Shown piece by piece: positions 1 through 13,600 of a stretch of 64,000 bases of DNA (position 1 is its first letter; each line of letters begins with the position of its first letter). This DNA is from Phoronis australis. Taxonomy: Eukaryota > Animalia > Phoronida. The notes beneath the pieces are model-generated. The model was not told where the DNA came from. It saw only the letters and a list, made by a program, of their open reading frames with translations, and searched no databases. Made by a program: the position numbers and the translations under genes. The DNA lies in assembly GCA_002633005.1 (NCBI GenBank), contig NMRA01000055.1, positions 124,001 through 188,000 of the forward strand, given 5' to 3'.

Positions 1-2275
1 TGTGTATTTCGGACAAAAATAATTGCCAAAAATTACTCATTTTGATTTTTCAAGGACATTTAGCATTGTCGTTCAGCCGCTATGGTACGGACTTGGATAT
101 GACTCGGGATTCTTGTGGTACTGCCACATTATTTATGAAAAAATAAGAAATTTAATTTCACTAGTGTCCTTATAATTATTATTGTTTTATGCTTCTAGGG
201 TTATTGTTCACTTTAATCATACTAGCCCACCTACATGTTGAACTGCTAGGACAGTTTTCAAGGAATGCCTCTTGAAATACATTAATGTTTAATGCCTCTA
301 GGGCTGTTGATTGTTTATTTAAATTATGCTAGCCCAGCCACATGTTGATCTGGTGGGACTGTTATCAAGGAAAGCATGTGGTTGTCAAGGTTACATGCCT
401 GGGAAGTGACCTATAAGCTTTCATTTGAACCAAATTCAAACGGTTTTGGTACAGCCTAGACTCTACATGGATAACTGAAGAACTGTATGGATGTGAGTTT
501 TGAATTTAAAATTGTATTTATATTGATGTGATTGTTAAGTAAAATTACTTAGACTTCATTCATGAATCAGTAGTTTTGGTCTTACAAACAAAAGGAAGTT
601 GATTTTCTTACTGATTCAGCCAAATTGGAGGTTATAATGGTTAGGGAAAAGTACAGCACAGATTTCAAATGAGTTAACTGGGGTTGAGACCAGAATCAAC
701 TAGTTTCCAAAACATTGTCAAGTTACATGTAACCAGTCCTTCAAAATAATCACTTAATTGAGACTGTAAAACTTAAGTTTGTGTCAATTTTCACATCGCT
801 CTCTGACTGTTTGATTCACAATAGGAACAACAAATTTTTATTTTGGTTAAATGCATGGTAACTATTGGGCACAAAATAAGATTAGCATATTGTATATTTA
901 ACTACTGGTAGGTGTTTTAACTGCCATCACCTTCAGTCATACGCATTCTCAGTCTGCACTCAAACTATTGAACACAAGTTTAACTGTCTGTTCATACATG
1001 AGCAGAAGAGCAAAAGTTCGACTTAAAACGTAATGGAGATTCTAATAATGCTATCACAAATGCCTTTTTGTGGAAAGTGAAATGGCATTCATATTTTAGG
1101 TTTGTGAATATTGAGTGACATAATGTACTTGATGAAAGCCAGAGACACTGCAGAGGTTACGAGGCAACAAGTTTGAGTTGAAAACACCGGAACAAATGGC
1201 GTACACAGCATCTCAAGGTTGGGTCGAACAAACATGGATGAAAACACTAGCGATCATCCCATATGAACCCTATGGAACACCTCCGATTGCTGTAATGCAG
1301 ATTAGTCTGGAGTAGAATGTGTTTAGAACGTCCACTAGTATGGTAATAACTGGATATAACCTCTGTAGTTGTTCTTTTCAACACCATGGTAATATTGTAG
1401 AATAGAAAGGTATAATTTATGGTTGATGCCTTAGATAATGAATGATGTTATTGGATGATATCGCTATAGTCAAAATATTGCAAATTTCAACAAAGGCCTA
1501 CAAGTTTAATGATAGCCCTTTCAGTAGACTGATGTATCATGAAACCATATTGGGAAGCAAAAATAGTAATCGATGAAGTATTCGACAGTTTTCAAGTATT
1601 TTAGATGAACATGGGAAAAATAAATATGTTTATAATTGTTAAGAGTAATTTTTTTCAGTTGGCAAGTAATGAGGGAATTTAAAATAAAATGCTTAAATAT
1701 GCTCGACATGCTGTTCTAAGCATGCCTTTCCACGGGGGAAAGTCAGATTTCATGGTTTTCTCCACTGGCATTCGACATATTTTGCGCCATTTTCAATGCT
1801 AATAAACACCCCGTTGGCTGCATTTCAAGGCTTTTTGTTGCTGTTGTTAGTTTAGTCAAGTAAATAATATCGTTGTTGCAATTATTATAGATTTTGTCGT
1901 GCGTTAAGAATAAAATATCTCGGTATATTGTAATTAAAGCTTGGCATACATTCAAGTTGTTCTCTCAAGACACAATTTTGATTGTAATACAAGTATTATT
2001 ACTAATTGCCACTGTAGACACTTTTATAGTTTGTTATTCATTGTCATGTGATTTTGTTTTAATTTCTAGTCATTATACATCACATTGAAAATTATCATGT
2101 TAAATCCAGTGTGCAGCTGATAGTGTATTTTCTTGCTTTAACAAGCGGGCATGCAATAAAAATTATGCATTTGTCAGCTGGCATTTCTACATTAAATTAT
2201 TCATGCCACAATTCAAGTAAGTTGTAGTCTTGCATCCAATACTTTTTCTGGTGGTTCGCAGAAACTTCTACATAA

Positions 2276-2658
2276 CCCCATGAATATGTTTGCGGCAAGC
2301 TTGCAGCAATGTGTGCGGCTGGGTTGCAGGAACTGTTCCATATCCATAGAGATGTTTGCGGCAAGCTTGCAGCAATGTGTGCGGCTGGGTTGCAGAAACT
2401 GTTCCATATAAGGACATAGAGATGTTTGCTGCAAGCTTGCGGCAAACTTCATTTGCATGGTAAAAGTTTGCTGCATGTTTGCGGCAAGCATGCCGCAAGC
2501 TTGCGGCAATGTTTGCGGCTGGGTTGCAGGAAATTTGCATCCACTCTTTGGTCAGAGTTGATTCTTCGTGTTTGCGGCTGGTTTGCAGAAACTTTTGCAG
2601 CAAGCTTGCCGCAACTTTGCGGCAAGTGTTTGCAGGAAGGCTATTTTTTTGGTGTGGG
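2276..2658. mobile_element. CMC/EnSpm-like MITE built from GCAAGCTTGC palindromic subrepeats
   Basis: Termini are CCC(CA)...TGGG, flanked by AA on both sides (possible 2-bp TSD). The interior has many copies of tttgc(g/t)gcaagcttgc and ggctgggttgcag. The overlapping ORFs in the track are repeat artefacts. Confidence 0.55.
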
Positions 2659-3167
2659 AATTAACAACTGTAAATCAAAATATACTACATTTGTGGAGTT
2701 CATGTCTAACCCTGTTCACTGTGGAGGACATAATCGTCTTTTTACAAAATGGAGCCATGTATGGTATTTAGGGGTACAATAGCCCTAAGTGGTAAGTAGT
2801 AAAACATTCAAAACATTCAGGAGGAACTAATTTGTTGCAAAATATCGAAAAACATGAAGGACAATCTGATTTGACAGTGGTCACGCATCGATCTCAGGTA
2901 TATGAAAATTTCTCATTTTAGTACACTTGAGGTACCAAAATGTAAAACTAATAAACTGGCTGACAAAGTTTTTATTTGATGCAATGAAAGTAACATGTTT
3001 TGTCAACATTTTGGCCAAGTTTCATTCTCATAGCAGTGGGGGCAGATTTGGTACAGCAGTGTATTGAACACAACCTCAAAATGGCATAACGGGGAGCAGT
3101 GTAGTAAAACTACTATATGAGGGTGGTGCATCGGAATCGTGTTTCAAGGCATCTGTGTAACAATCTA

Positions 3168-3406
3168 TAGGCACCACTAAACAATGCCAATGTGTTCACG
3201 ACATGGAATAATAAATCAATAGCTTTCATTCAGGGAAAAATATAAACAATTAAAACTGGACGGTTTTTATACCGTGAAAACATGGCTGCGAAGCCGATAC
3301 AGGCACCACTAAACAATGCCCAGTAAATAATAAATCAATAGCTTTCATTCAAGGAAAAATATGAACAGTTAAATCAGTTATACCGTGAAAACATGGCTGC
3401 GAAGCC
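3168..3406. repeat. ~130-bp imperfect direct duplication within a probable transposon end
   Basis: aggcaccactaaacaatgcc...aataataaatcaatagctttcattca...tataccgtgaaaacatggctgcgaagcc occurs twice in tandem. Confidence 0.7.
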
Positions 3407-3920
3407 ATAAAATGTGTTTGAGCCTATAACTTTAGAAAAACGCTATATTTTGAGGAAATATTTTACCGCTGTTTATAGATCCCATAGGACTACCTATGTG
3501 CCAAATTTGGTGAAAATCGGCTGACCCCCACCTTGCCGCTCATGGCTGGTGCTCTCGTGGACTAGTACTTAATGTTGGACAATGTCACTGGCACTGTTAC
3601 TGTTAGTTTTAGACAGTTAGTATTGCCTGTGACAGTCGGCGGTAGGTTATGTTACTTCTTTCTATTAGTATCAATATCGCCTCACAATTGTCAATAGATT
3701 ACATCTGAGGTCGTATACTATAGTCTATAGTATAGACGTCTTGACTTGTAGTTGTAGGGCAGGAGATAGGAACTGTCACACTGTAGCGACGGATGTCTCA
3801 GCTACACACCAGGTGGCACTTTCTGCAAACCAAGCAACTCTCCATCGCTCTCCGGCAATTAGTTTCAATCTCCGTCTAGACGAGGATTGTGTGCCAATGT
3901 AGTAACACAACCGGCTAAAT

Positions 3921-5177
3921 CACAATCAAGGTCCATATTCGAGAGTTGACTGTGTTACGGTCTAAAATAAATTTTTTTGGTCATTTACCAAATGCCAACT
4001 CAATCTCATATGCAAAGAGTTATTTAGTTGTGCAAATTAAAAAAAGAATCATCAAAATCGGACAATGATTGAGAAATTTATGCATGTTCTTGTCTATGAA
4101 TTTCATGCATTTTTAGCATTACGAGTGGGCATTTTAAAAATTACAATTTTCAGTTGTCAACAGTAGAAAAGAAATTTGTTTTATCAAGTAAGCAATTGCT
4201 TAGATATGACTGGGAACAACTCGAGTCACTTTTAGAATCACTTAGATGAAGTTGCGTAGTGTATGTACCCCTATATTTTAATTTGTGCCTATTTTCAAAG
4301 TACGGCAGATATGCACATGAATGCTGTACTTTTTATTTTTTCTCTTTGAATTGATCAAGTAAATCAACTAACTCTCAGTAGATTTTTAGTATGTAGTTAC
4401 AAACCTGACATATCATTGAAATGTAGTGTACGTACCTCTGTGTGCACGGTGTATGTACCCTGATGTGAACAAATGCCATGAAACAAAAGTATTACACAGT
4501 AAGTGAGCAACATTTATCATAGACAGTTTCCTCCATTAAAAATGCTAGGTTAAAAGGGTGTTAATTACAAATACATTTGTCTTGAGTGAAATAGCATTTG
4601 TGTAGTGTACGCATCCCTATATTTTAACATGTGCCCCCAACCAGTACCATTTTTTACTGTTTACAAGTGGAACACTCGGCCTAGCATTGCTTTAACTATT
4701 TTAACCAACTGGTGAATGTATTGAAAACTAGGCAAATAGCACCAATAAAGTTTTTGGAAAAAGTAGTTACTTGTCGTTTTCTCTTTGTAAGAATCATTTT
4801 GCAAGAGAGGAAGTTCTCATTATACTATGTTAAAATATGCAATGAATCATCACCTAGAACAACTTGATCAGCACGGTAATAACTTTTCTTACTTTAGTAT
4901 GTGATACTTCTTCAACTTGATTAAGAACGTGTTAAATTAACAGCTACCTTATAAATTTTTGCATGGTAGAAGTTGACTCTGACCACAAGTTGTAGTGTAC
5001 CCTTTTGTACAACTGTGATGCATTAGGCCATAAAATTTTATTCGATGGTTCTTGTGCAAAAATATTTTAGATTACAAACCTGGAATGATGGTACTTTAAA
5101 ATAACCCAGCTTTTACAATTATATGACAACCTTCATTTTTCACCAAAAGTGGCCACCGAATATGGACCTTGATTGTG
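3921..5177. mobile_element. Non-autonomous TIR DNA transposon (CMC/EnSpm-like), 1.26 kb
   Basis: Perfect 21-bp TIRs: CACAATCAAGGTCCATATTCG (3921-3941) and CGAATATGGACCTTGATTGTG (5157-5177). AT flanks both ends (2-bp TSD). An internal GTAGTGTAYGYAYCC-like motif recurs about 5 times. No ORF. Confidence 0.85.
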
Positions 5178-5491
5178 ATAAATGGCCGAACACTAGTCAC
5201 TGCCTCAAAGTCAAATACGGTCAAACCACATTGTCATGAACGACTCCTGGTTTTTGCTGAACTATTCCGGGCTACCATTTATTTATTTCCTTATAGTGTT
5301 CTACCCATGTTTGCGACGACTTCATGGCCGTAGGCAACTTGGGATTTTTACTAGGTTGTCAAACAAAATCTGAAGTCACATTGGCGAGCTGCATGTCAAA
5401 TGGAGTCCTGCCTTTGGCTCCCAATTGTTCTCTTTACTTTGTGAAACCAATACATCCTTGGTGTACATCTTAGCACGCACTCAAACTATAG

Positions 5492-5499
5492 CCGGAAGT
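5492..5499 (+). promoter_or_regulatory. ETS/GABP-type CCGGAAGT motif upstream of DDX28
   Basis: Exact CCGGAAGT in a locally CpG-richer stretch upstream of a housekeeping gene. A single short motif only. Confidence 0.25.
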
Positions 5500-5945
5500 A
5501 AACAAACGGAGGTCGGAATCGTTGCTCTCTCCTTAGATAATACCTGAACAGGAAATTGGACACCTGTCATGTCAAGTGACTGTTGTTTGCGAAGGCCAGG
5601 GCTCTCAAAATCTTTCATATTTCCATTTTAATTTCCCATTAAGTGAACTGGCACTTTTTCCAGGTCACATTTGATGAGTATATTTTATCAAAAGTGTGAT
5701 TCAAAGCTATCTTCAAATCCAAAATGTCCTCACCATTACAAAAAGGCTAGGAACATTTAATCTCCTCTGAAGGATGCCAAACCTGGTTTTGTCCTAATAA
5801 CAGATACTACAAACAACTTTCTCATCCAGTTCTCTGAAACAAAATAATGCTCTATATCCCTCAAAAGTTTGGAGGAAATTTTGAAAACTCCTTTCAAAGT
5901 CTACTGGCAAGTGTGACTTACGCTTTTAGCAAATTACAGGGCAGC

Positions 5946-6112
5946 TGTGGGAATAAACCATCCACCAAGGATCATAATGTAAAATGTGTGGGAATAAACC
6001 ATCCACCAAGGATCATAATGTAAAATGTGTGGGAATAAACCATCCACCAAGGATCATAATGTAAAATGTGTGGGAATAAACCATCCACCAAGGATCATAA
6101 TGTAAAATCTGT
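5946..6112. repeat. 41-bp minisatellite (TGTGGGAATAAACCATCCACCAAGGATCATAATGTAAAATG) x4; further copies at 6687-6798
   Basis: Tandem copies are directly visible. Confidence 0.95.
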
Positions 6113-6485
6113 GACACACGAAATATGAGTTTTTAGTTGATTCCTGCTTTTAACTTGGAAGTTTGACTCCAATGATGCGTTAGAAGGTGGCAGAAAGAGA
6201 ATTGTTGGAAATCATCAAAAAAGAGTTTACGATCATTTTTAACTGATTTTAAAGATGTATTTGCATGCTAATAACTGTGCTAATGTATGACACGAACTAA
6301 ATGACGATGTTATTTGAACCTCATGTACGCTAAACAAAGTGCAGTGGTATTCATTAACAAATTGTAAATGTGAAAACAGAAAATTCTGCAAATACGTGAC
6401 CTTTGATTTAATGGCTCGCATAGCCCGCATCATGCATGTGTCATTCCCCAACACTTCTTCACGATACTTACTGGACGCGGTTGAG

Positions 6486-6641
6486 CAGAGGCAGATTTAG
6501 AGGGGGCCATGCCCTCCCCCCCCCCCTAGATTTCGCCCAGATTCCATTTGGCAGTTAGGAGGTGCGAATGTCAAGACTGGCAAAAATCCTGGCTAATATT
6601 CTGCCATGCCCTTCCAACTCAGAATCCTGGATCCGCCCCTG
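6486..6641. mobile_element. hAT5-like MITE (CAG(T/A)GGCRGAT...GGATCCGCCCCTG), 5-bp TSD TTGAG
   Basis: TIR-like ends, with TTGAG at 6481-6485 and 6642-6646. Confidence 0.8.
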
Positions 6642-7172
6642 TTGAGTGATTTGTGGCAGATCATTTTCGACAAAAAAAAACTCANCAACCACCAAGGATC
6701 ATAATGTAAAATGTGTGGGAATAAACCAACCACCAAGGATCATAATGTAAAATGTGTGGGAATAAACCATCCACCAAGGATCATAATGTAAAATGTGTGA
6801 CACACGAAATATGAGTTTTTAGTTGATTCCTGCTTTTAACTTGTAAGGTTGACTCCAATGATGCGTTAGAAGGTGGCAGAAAGAGAATTGTTGGAAATCA
6901 TCAAAAAAAGGGTTTACGATCATTTTTAACTGATTTTAAAGATGTATTTTCATGCTAATAACTGTGCTAATGTATGACACGAACTAAATGACAATGTTAT
7001 TTGAACCTCATGTACGCTAAACAAAGTGCAGTGGTATTCATTAACAAATTGTAAATGTGAAAACAGAAAATTCTGCAAATATGTGACCTTTGATTTAATG
7101 GCTCGCATAGCCCGCATCATGCATGTGTCATTCCCCAACACTTCTTCACGATACTTACTGGACGCGGTTGAG

Positions 7173-7333
7173 CAGTGGCGGATTTAGAGGGGGCCAAGGG
7201 GGCCATGCCCTCCCCCCCTAGAATTCGCCCAGATTCTATTTGGCAGTTAGGAGGTGCTAATGTCAAGACTGGCAAAAATCCTGGCTAATATTCTGCCATG
7301 CCCCCCCAACTCAGAATCCTGGATCCGCCCCTG
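7173..7333. mobile_element. Second copy of the same hAT5-like MITE insertion (TSD TTGAG), inside the duplicated block
   Basis: CAGTGGCGGATTTAG...GGATCCGCCCCTG, with TTGAG at 7168-7172 and 7334-7338. Confidence 0.8.
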
Positions 7334-7629
7334 TTGAGTGATTTGTGGCAGATCATTTTCGACACAAAACTCATTAAAACATTTGGCAATTTTCAACGTA
7401 CTTCATATTCATATCGATGCTATGTGTAATTTAGGGACAAATGTAATGGAGGGGACAGTATAGTTTTAACGATCCATGTAGAATCTGGACTGTTTTCTAG
7501 GGTCGTACATAACCTTAAGCAAAATCCCTATGGAACTCAGAAAATCTTTGTTTTCTCATGGTAGTATGTAATTTGCCACACACTTTGTCATGTACATTGC
7601 TATTGGTCTGTCATTTTTGTTTTTTCCAG

Positions 7630-10600
7630 ACTTTGCTTCGTAGTAAGCCTACTAATGAGATCACTGTTCCTGTTAAAATGCAAGAGAAGCTACAGAAAGC
7701 TGTGAAACGCAAGCAAATTGAGAAACTGAGCAAAGCCAAGAAACCGCAGAGGCATAGTCCAGTGACGATCTTGTGCAAAAGGTCAGAATACAACCACCAT
7801 CATGGCCAACCATACTCGGACTTTAACCCACAGATGCTGGCATCACATGGCTGGAAAAATAAAAAGTCCAAGGGAGACTACTTCACCATAAACTTCCATC
7901 AGAGGGTAAAATATGTTTTTTTGAGTCTGTATTGTGGAAATTGTCTAACATTTACTGATAAAAACAATGACGCCTTTTGATTGTATGTTTCAATCATTTC
8001 AAGCTAGTGATTTTGTTACAGTGGAATAGAGCCTTTAAATTTAACAGAAATTATAAAATGCATGTACACATTTAAAAGGCCATATTCCTACTGTTCGGTT
8101 ATGTGTAAAGACTTGGAATAATTGCACTGAACTGGTGCCAAAGTCCAGAATGTCCTAATTTGCTTTAGAAATGACAAGTCTCCCACTGGATAGCTTTTCA
8201 CACTTAATACGTCAAGGTGCGGAGAACACTGTTTTATAGTCATAACAGTTTTTAGCTCAATTGAAGTCTGCAAGTAGTAATGTAGTTGCAGTTGTTAATT
8301 ATTTAAAAAGCATTTCTGTTGTAAAAGGTGTCTTGTTTTATTTCAGAACCCTGCTTTTGTGGATGTGGAAAACACATTTGAGGAGCTTGCAGTTGACAAC
8401 AGACTCATCAAATCTTTGACCAGTCTCGGTATCTCTTCCCCAACAAACATTCAGGTATTTCACAAAGCAAGGTTTTAGTAGTATCTTGCACTTCTGGTCA
8501 TATCTACTTCATACAGTTTTTAATTTAAAACAAAGTTTAAACCATACTCACAGCTAAAATCAAAGGGTACTATAAATAGCCATCTTGTTCTCTCTGTTCG
8601 TCAATAATGGGTGGTGTGTATGCAGCACAATCCTGAAGAGTCTGCTAGACTGCTTGGGGCCCACCAATTGCTGGTAGATTCTTGAAAGTTGGAACCTCCC
8701 AACAGCCCTAATGACGTTGGAGCCAGTTATGCTTGCACCAGTTGGACCCCTCCCAGTTGAAAAATGTAAACAAGATGACTGGTCGTCAGCAAGTCTCTCT
8801 GTGGTATTCTTTGATTTTAGCTGTGATTATTGTTTAAACTTTGTTCCCATGTCGTTACCACACAAAGTGAGCTTTTGTAGTTAGTTTTAATTGATTGTCA
8901 ACTTGTCAAGTTCTTTTCAAAAGCTACCACCAGATATTCTGAACTCCATGTTATTTTTTTGCCTAGGGTAAAGGGTATTTGCATAACAGTAGTTCGTATG
9001 AGCAAGGGTAATTTATTTACATAAAGAAGAAAATCTTGATGTTGCTGTTTTGGAATAGTAAATATGCTTGTAAACAAGTTGATTTGATTCATGATTCATG
9101 AAAAGTGATTGAAGACAGAAACTTGGTCTTACACTCTCACTTTGCAATTGCTGAATCAAGGTTTAACCAAATAAAATGGAATGCAACTCAGTTTAAAAAT
9201 AATGAACAGAAATTATTTCACTAGCTAGCAGTTATTTTGCATATTCTTAGAGGCTGCATTATGATTCAAGTGACATTTAATTTTTTTTGAAGTAGCTGTG
9301 TGGAGACAAAATTCCTGACTTTAGTCTCATACAACTGTTCATGAAATGGATCCCAGACCATTATTTTTAACATGGAAGGTCAAAATCAACCAGTGTGCAT
9401 GGATCTTTGGAGAACACTAATATTATTGATTGGCCCATGTTGAATATTTGCTGAAAAACTGTGACTTTTTCAGCAGTACTTAGTACTTTTCATGACTTGT
9501 TCTTATTTTCAAGGCTCTAGCCATACCAGAAATCCTGAAAGGCGAGAATACACTTATTGCAGCTGAGACAGGTCAGTAGCTGTGATGTCAGTGTACATAT
9601 TCTGTTAGATAAGTACGTTATATTGACTTACTTAGTCACTCAATTTCATTATAGAGTTGAGCTGCACAACATTCTGTAGATCAAAATAAAAAGCCTGTAA
9701 TTGCTGTTCAGTTTCAAAATCCTTAGCAGATTATATGCACCTGTGTGGTGCTTGATGTTATGCAGTAAAATGGCATCAACTTAGATCACAGCATGGCGAA
9801 CAAGTAGCATTTTATTTTCTCATTTTTGCATAAAATAGAGGGAGCTCCAAAAAATGCTTTACCATGTTCAGATTCTGTACCACTGCTTCCCTCAGACAAT
9901 ATCTTGAAATATTGTGGGGATTAGCAACACTGTTGGAAGATCCTGTTCAAGTTCTATACTATAGCTCCCCATATACAATATTTTTCCAACAATGATAGGA
10001 GATCTGAAAAGGTGCTCTGTGTCTGAAATTGGTGGGATTTTACTATAACTATCGTGAAGTGCTCGGTGTGACCAAACTATTTTAGAAGCAGTTGACAAAC
10101 TTTGAAAAACTAAACTCTTCATGGTTGACACCTAATTTGATTGGCAGTTAGGGATGTTGAATGCTTATAAGTCAGGTGTTGGTATTCCAGCACTTGGTCA
10201 AAGTCTTCAACTGAATTATGACTTCTGATAATTATTAACTTTGCTGAAGCTTGAGAGGCATGTGGTGTTAATGATGACTGATTTGCTGCTAGTCAACCTT
10301 GTCACAAAATAGTTAACATCTGTTTGAAAAGCATCCAGTAGTGGCCTTGGTACGCCCAAACGAAACATGGAAATCAAGTTTGTGTTGCCTTCATGCACAT
10401 AGACCGATGTGTTTGAACTCCTTATTTGCAGGTAGTGGTAAGACTCTGGCATATTTGCTACCCATTCTTCAGCAAATTTGGCAGACTCAGTCTCTTTATC
10501 AAATGAAGACACAAATCCGGTCACCACAAGCAGTTGTACTGGTGCCATCAAAAGAACTAGCTCACCAGGTTTATGTAAGTTTAATAGATGAGGACTAACT

Positions 10601-13600
10601 AGTTCATGTAAAGATGAACAGACGGGAACTGTAGTATTTGCAAATACTTAGTAAACATTTGTTTTCTCATATATTACATGTCATCGGTGAAAATGTTTAT
10701 AACTGTCCTTTAACCTTCAGTATTACTTGCATGGGAAATGGCATACACAGTCAGACACAGGAAGTAACAATAAACTAGACCAACAATGACAACCTGTGGT
10801 GTGCCAATTGCCTATTGAGATTGGGATTGCACCAACTGATGTGGGAAAACCAGGGCCAGGAACATCTAAATTCTGACAGAGGTTCACATGTAAATATTCA
10901 TCTACAGAGCTCCAACCATTGTTATCAGCAATTCTCTGTCAATGACTTTGCAATAATAGACCAAGCAGAAACAACAAAGCAGCTTAAAATTCGTGAGGCT
11001 CTACACATCAGTTGGTGCAAGCCCTATCTCAATAGGCAACTGACATACCACAGGTTGTCATTGTTGGTCTAGTTTATTGTCACTCCCTGTAACTGACTGT
11101 GTCTGTGTTTCATCACTTGTTGCTGGGCCTAGCTAGGTGGCCACTGTGTTCTCTCTTCTCCTGATGATGGTGTTTAAATAAATGACACCAAAACATGTCG
11201 AGCTGTTTTAAAACCGTTGTTTTTATTAATATATGCTTTCTATTACTAAATTTTAGAGTGACCTGTCAGTATGATAATTGCTGTCAATATACATGGGACC
11301 AAACTGACTCCTTCATTCATAGTCACCCATGGCAGCTCCAGCCAACAGCTTCTTTAATGGTAACTTATGGTTACTCTAGTCTGTAGGCCTGCACCTGTGC
11401 CAGAGCATTCCTCTGAAGATACACTGCACATCTGGTGGTCAAACAGGCGATGTGCGCTGGTACAACATGGCAAAAGTCGACTTCGATCTGCTCATATCCA
11501 CTCCCAAGGTTTTCAGGAAGCTTGTTGGATCTGGTAAGGAAATTAATGAACAACATAGTGCATCGTGTGTTGATGGCTTAACCACACTACGGTGTCTAGC
11601 ATCGTGTGTTGATGGCTTGACCACACCACAATATCTAGCGTCATGAAGGTTTGACAAAAATAATTTGTCAAACTTTATGCACCTACACGTGTGTGCGTGC
11701 ATGCATGTGGTCACATATTGTTGTCACTCTATACGGTTGCCTGCTCAATATCTCAAAAACTACTAGTTGGATTTTAATGACAATTGACACAAGGGTGCAG
11801 GGCATCGCCAGAATGGTTTGCTCCACCTTTCAATCTGCCCTATTTCCCCTGGGATCAAGGCCGTGTAGCTTTTTCTGTATTTTGTGGATGAGCATTTCCG
11901 GATGATATCTAAAGAACCAATGGAAAGATTTCAATGAACTGTGACACGGAGGTACATGATGTCAATGCGCCAGCTCCATCACATTTCTGGAAAGTTTGGC
12001 GTCTGCAGCACCTCCTAGTGGCCATTTTTTGGGGAGGAATGTTTCCAGATAATATCTAGATAACCGAATGACAGATTTCAATGAAACTTGTCCGAGACAT
12101 ATATGATGTCAATGCGCTAACACCATTACATTTTTGAGCGGGTTTGACAACTGTAATCCCTTGTAGTTGCCAACTGTCCAAATTCTGAGCATCCTTGCAC
12201 TATGCACCTTGTATACTGTACTTCATAATTCTTTCTTGACTTTCACTAGTTAGTTATGCAGGTAATCAATGCTTTATGAGTTGTTATAATGACCAACTCT
12301 TTCATGTTTGTATTATTCAGGTGTTCCTTAAATCCTCATTGTGTGAATTTCTCAAAAATTTTATGATGTTTTTGCACAGCTTACAGATGAACCAATTTCA
12401 TATTTTTTTCTTCAAGGGATATATTCCACAAACCACTTACAACATGTAGTTTTAGATGAGGCAGACACCTTGTTGGACGACAGCTTTAATTCCCTTATAA
12501 GAAGTATTTTTCATACCATCAGCCCCAGGGTACGTAAGTATGGTTTATCGTGAAAAATGTACCAGCTCACAAGTCTGAATGTATGCCAAAACAATTTCAT
12601 CATTTATGCGATAAATAAAGCAGATTCTAGGAACTAGTTTTATGTGAAAAGATGCCTCTCTTGAGACATATGAATCGGTGTGTCTTCAAACATAGTTTGT
12701 TCAGTTTGGTTTAAAAGGTTCGAAGTTGGAATTACCATATGTCTCTGTAGTGTCTTTGTAGCAGGACCACTTACCATATGTCTCCACCTCTGTATTGTCC
12801 TTGTAGCAGGACCACTTTCCGTCAGTGCAAGAATCTCACAAAAATACAACATCACGCAAATCTTTAGAATATCACTGTGCATTACAATTGAAGTACACAT
12901 GATCAAACTAGCATTTCTAGTGTCTTGGACTTGAAGTACATGATCAAACTAGCATTTCTAGTGTCTTGGACTTGAAGTACATGATCAAACTAGCATTTCT
13001 AGTGTCTTGGACTTGCAGTACATGATCAAACTAGCATTTCTAGTGTCTTGGACTTGCAGTACATGATCAAACTAGCATTTCTAGTGTCTTGGACTTGCAG
13101 TACATGATCAAACTAGCATTTCTAGTGTCTTGGACTTGCAGTACATGATCAAACTAGCATTTCTAGTGTCTTGGACTTGCAGTACATGATCAAACTAGCA
13201 TTTCTAGTGTCTTGGACTTGCAGTACATGATCAAACTAGCATTTCTAGTGTCTTGGACTTGCAGTACATGATCAAACTAGCATTTCTAGTGTCTTGGACT
13301 TGCAGTACATGATCAAACTAGCATTTCTAGTGTCTTGGACTTGCAGTACATGATCAAACTAGCATTTCTGGTGTCTTGGACTTGCAGTACATGATCAAAC
13401 TAGCATTTCTGGTGTCTTGGACTTGCAGTACATGATCAAACTAGCATTTCTAGTGTCTTGGACTTGCAGTACATGATCAAACTAGCGTTTCTAGTGTGTT
13501 GGACTTGCAGTACATGATCAAACTAGCATTTCTAGTGTCTTGGACTTGAAGTACATGATCAAACTAGCATTTCTAGTGTCTTGGACTTGAAGTACATGAT

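Noticed and set aside
2197-2782. Cluster of overlapping ORFs on both strands
   Set aside because: They arise from stop-poor palindromic MITE subrepeats.
1-3565. Possible end of a large transposon terminating at ...GCTCTCGTGGACTA
   Set aside because: The partner end is not in the window and no transposase motif is recognisable.
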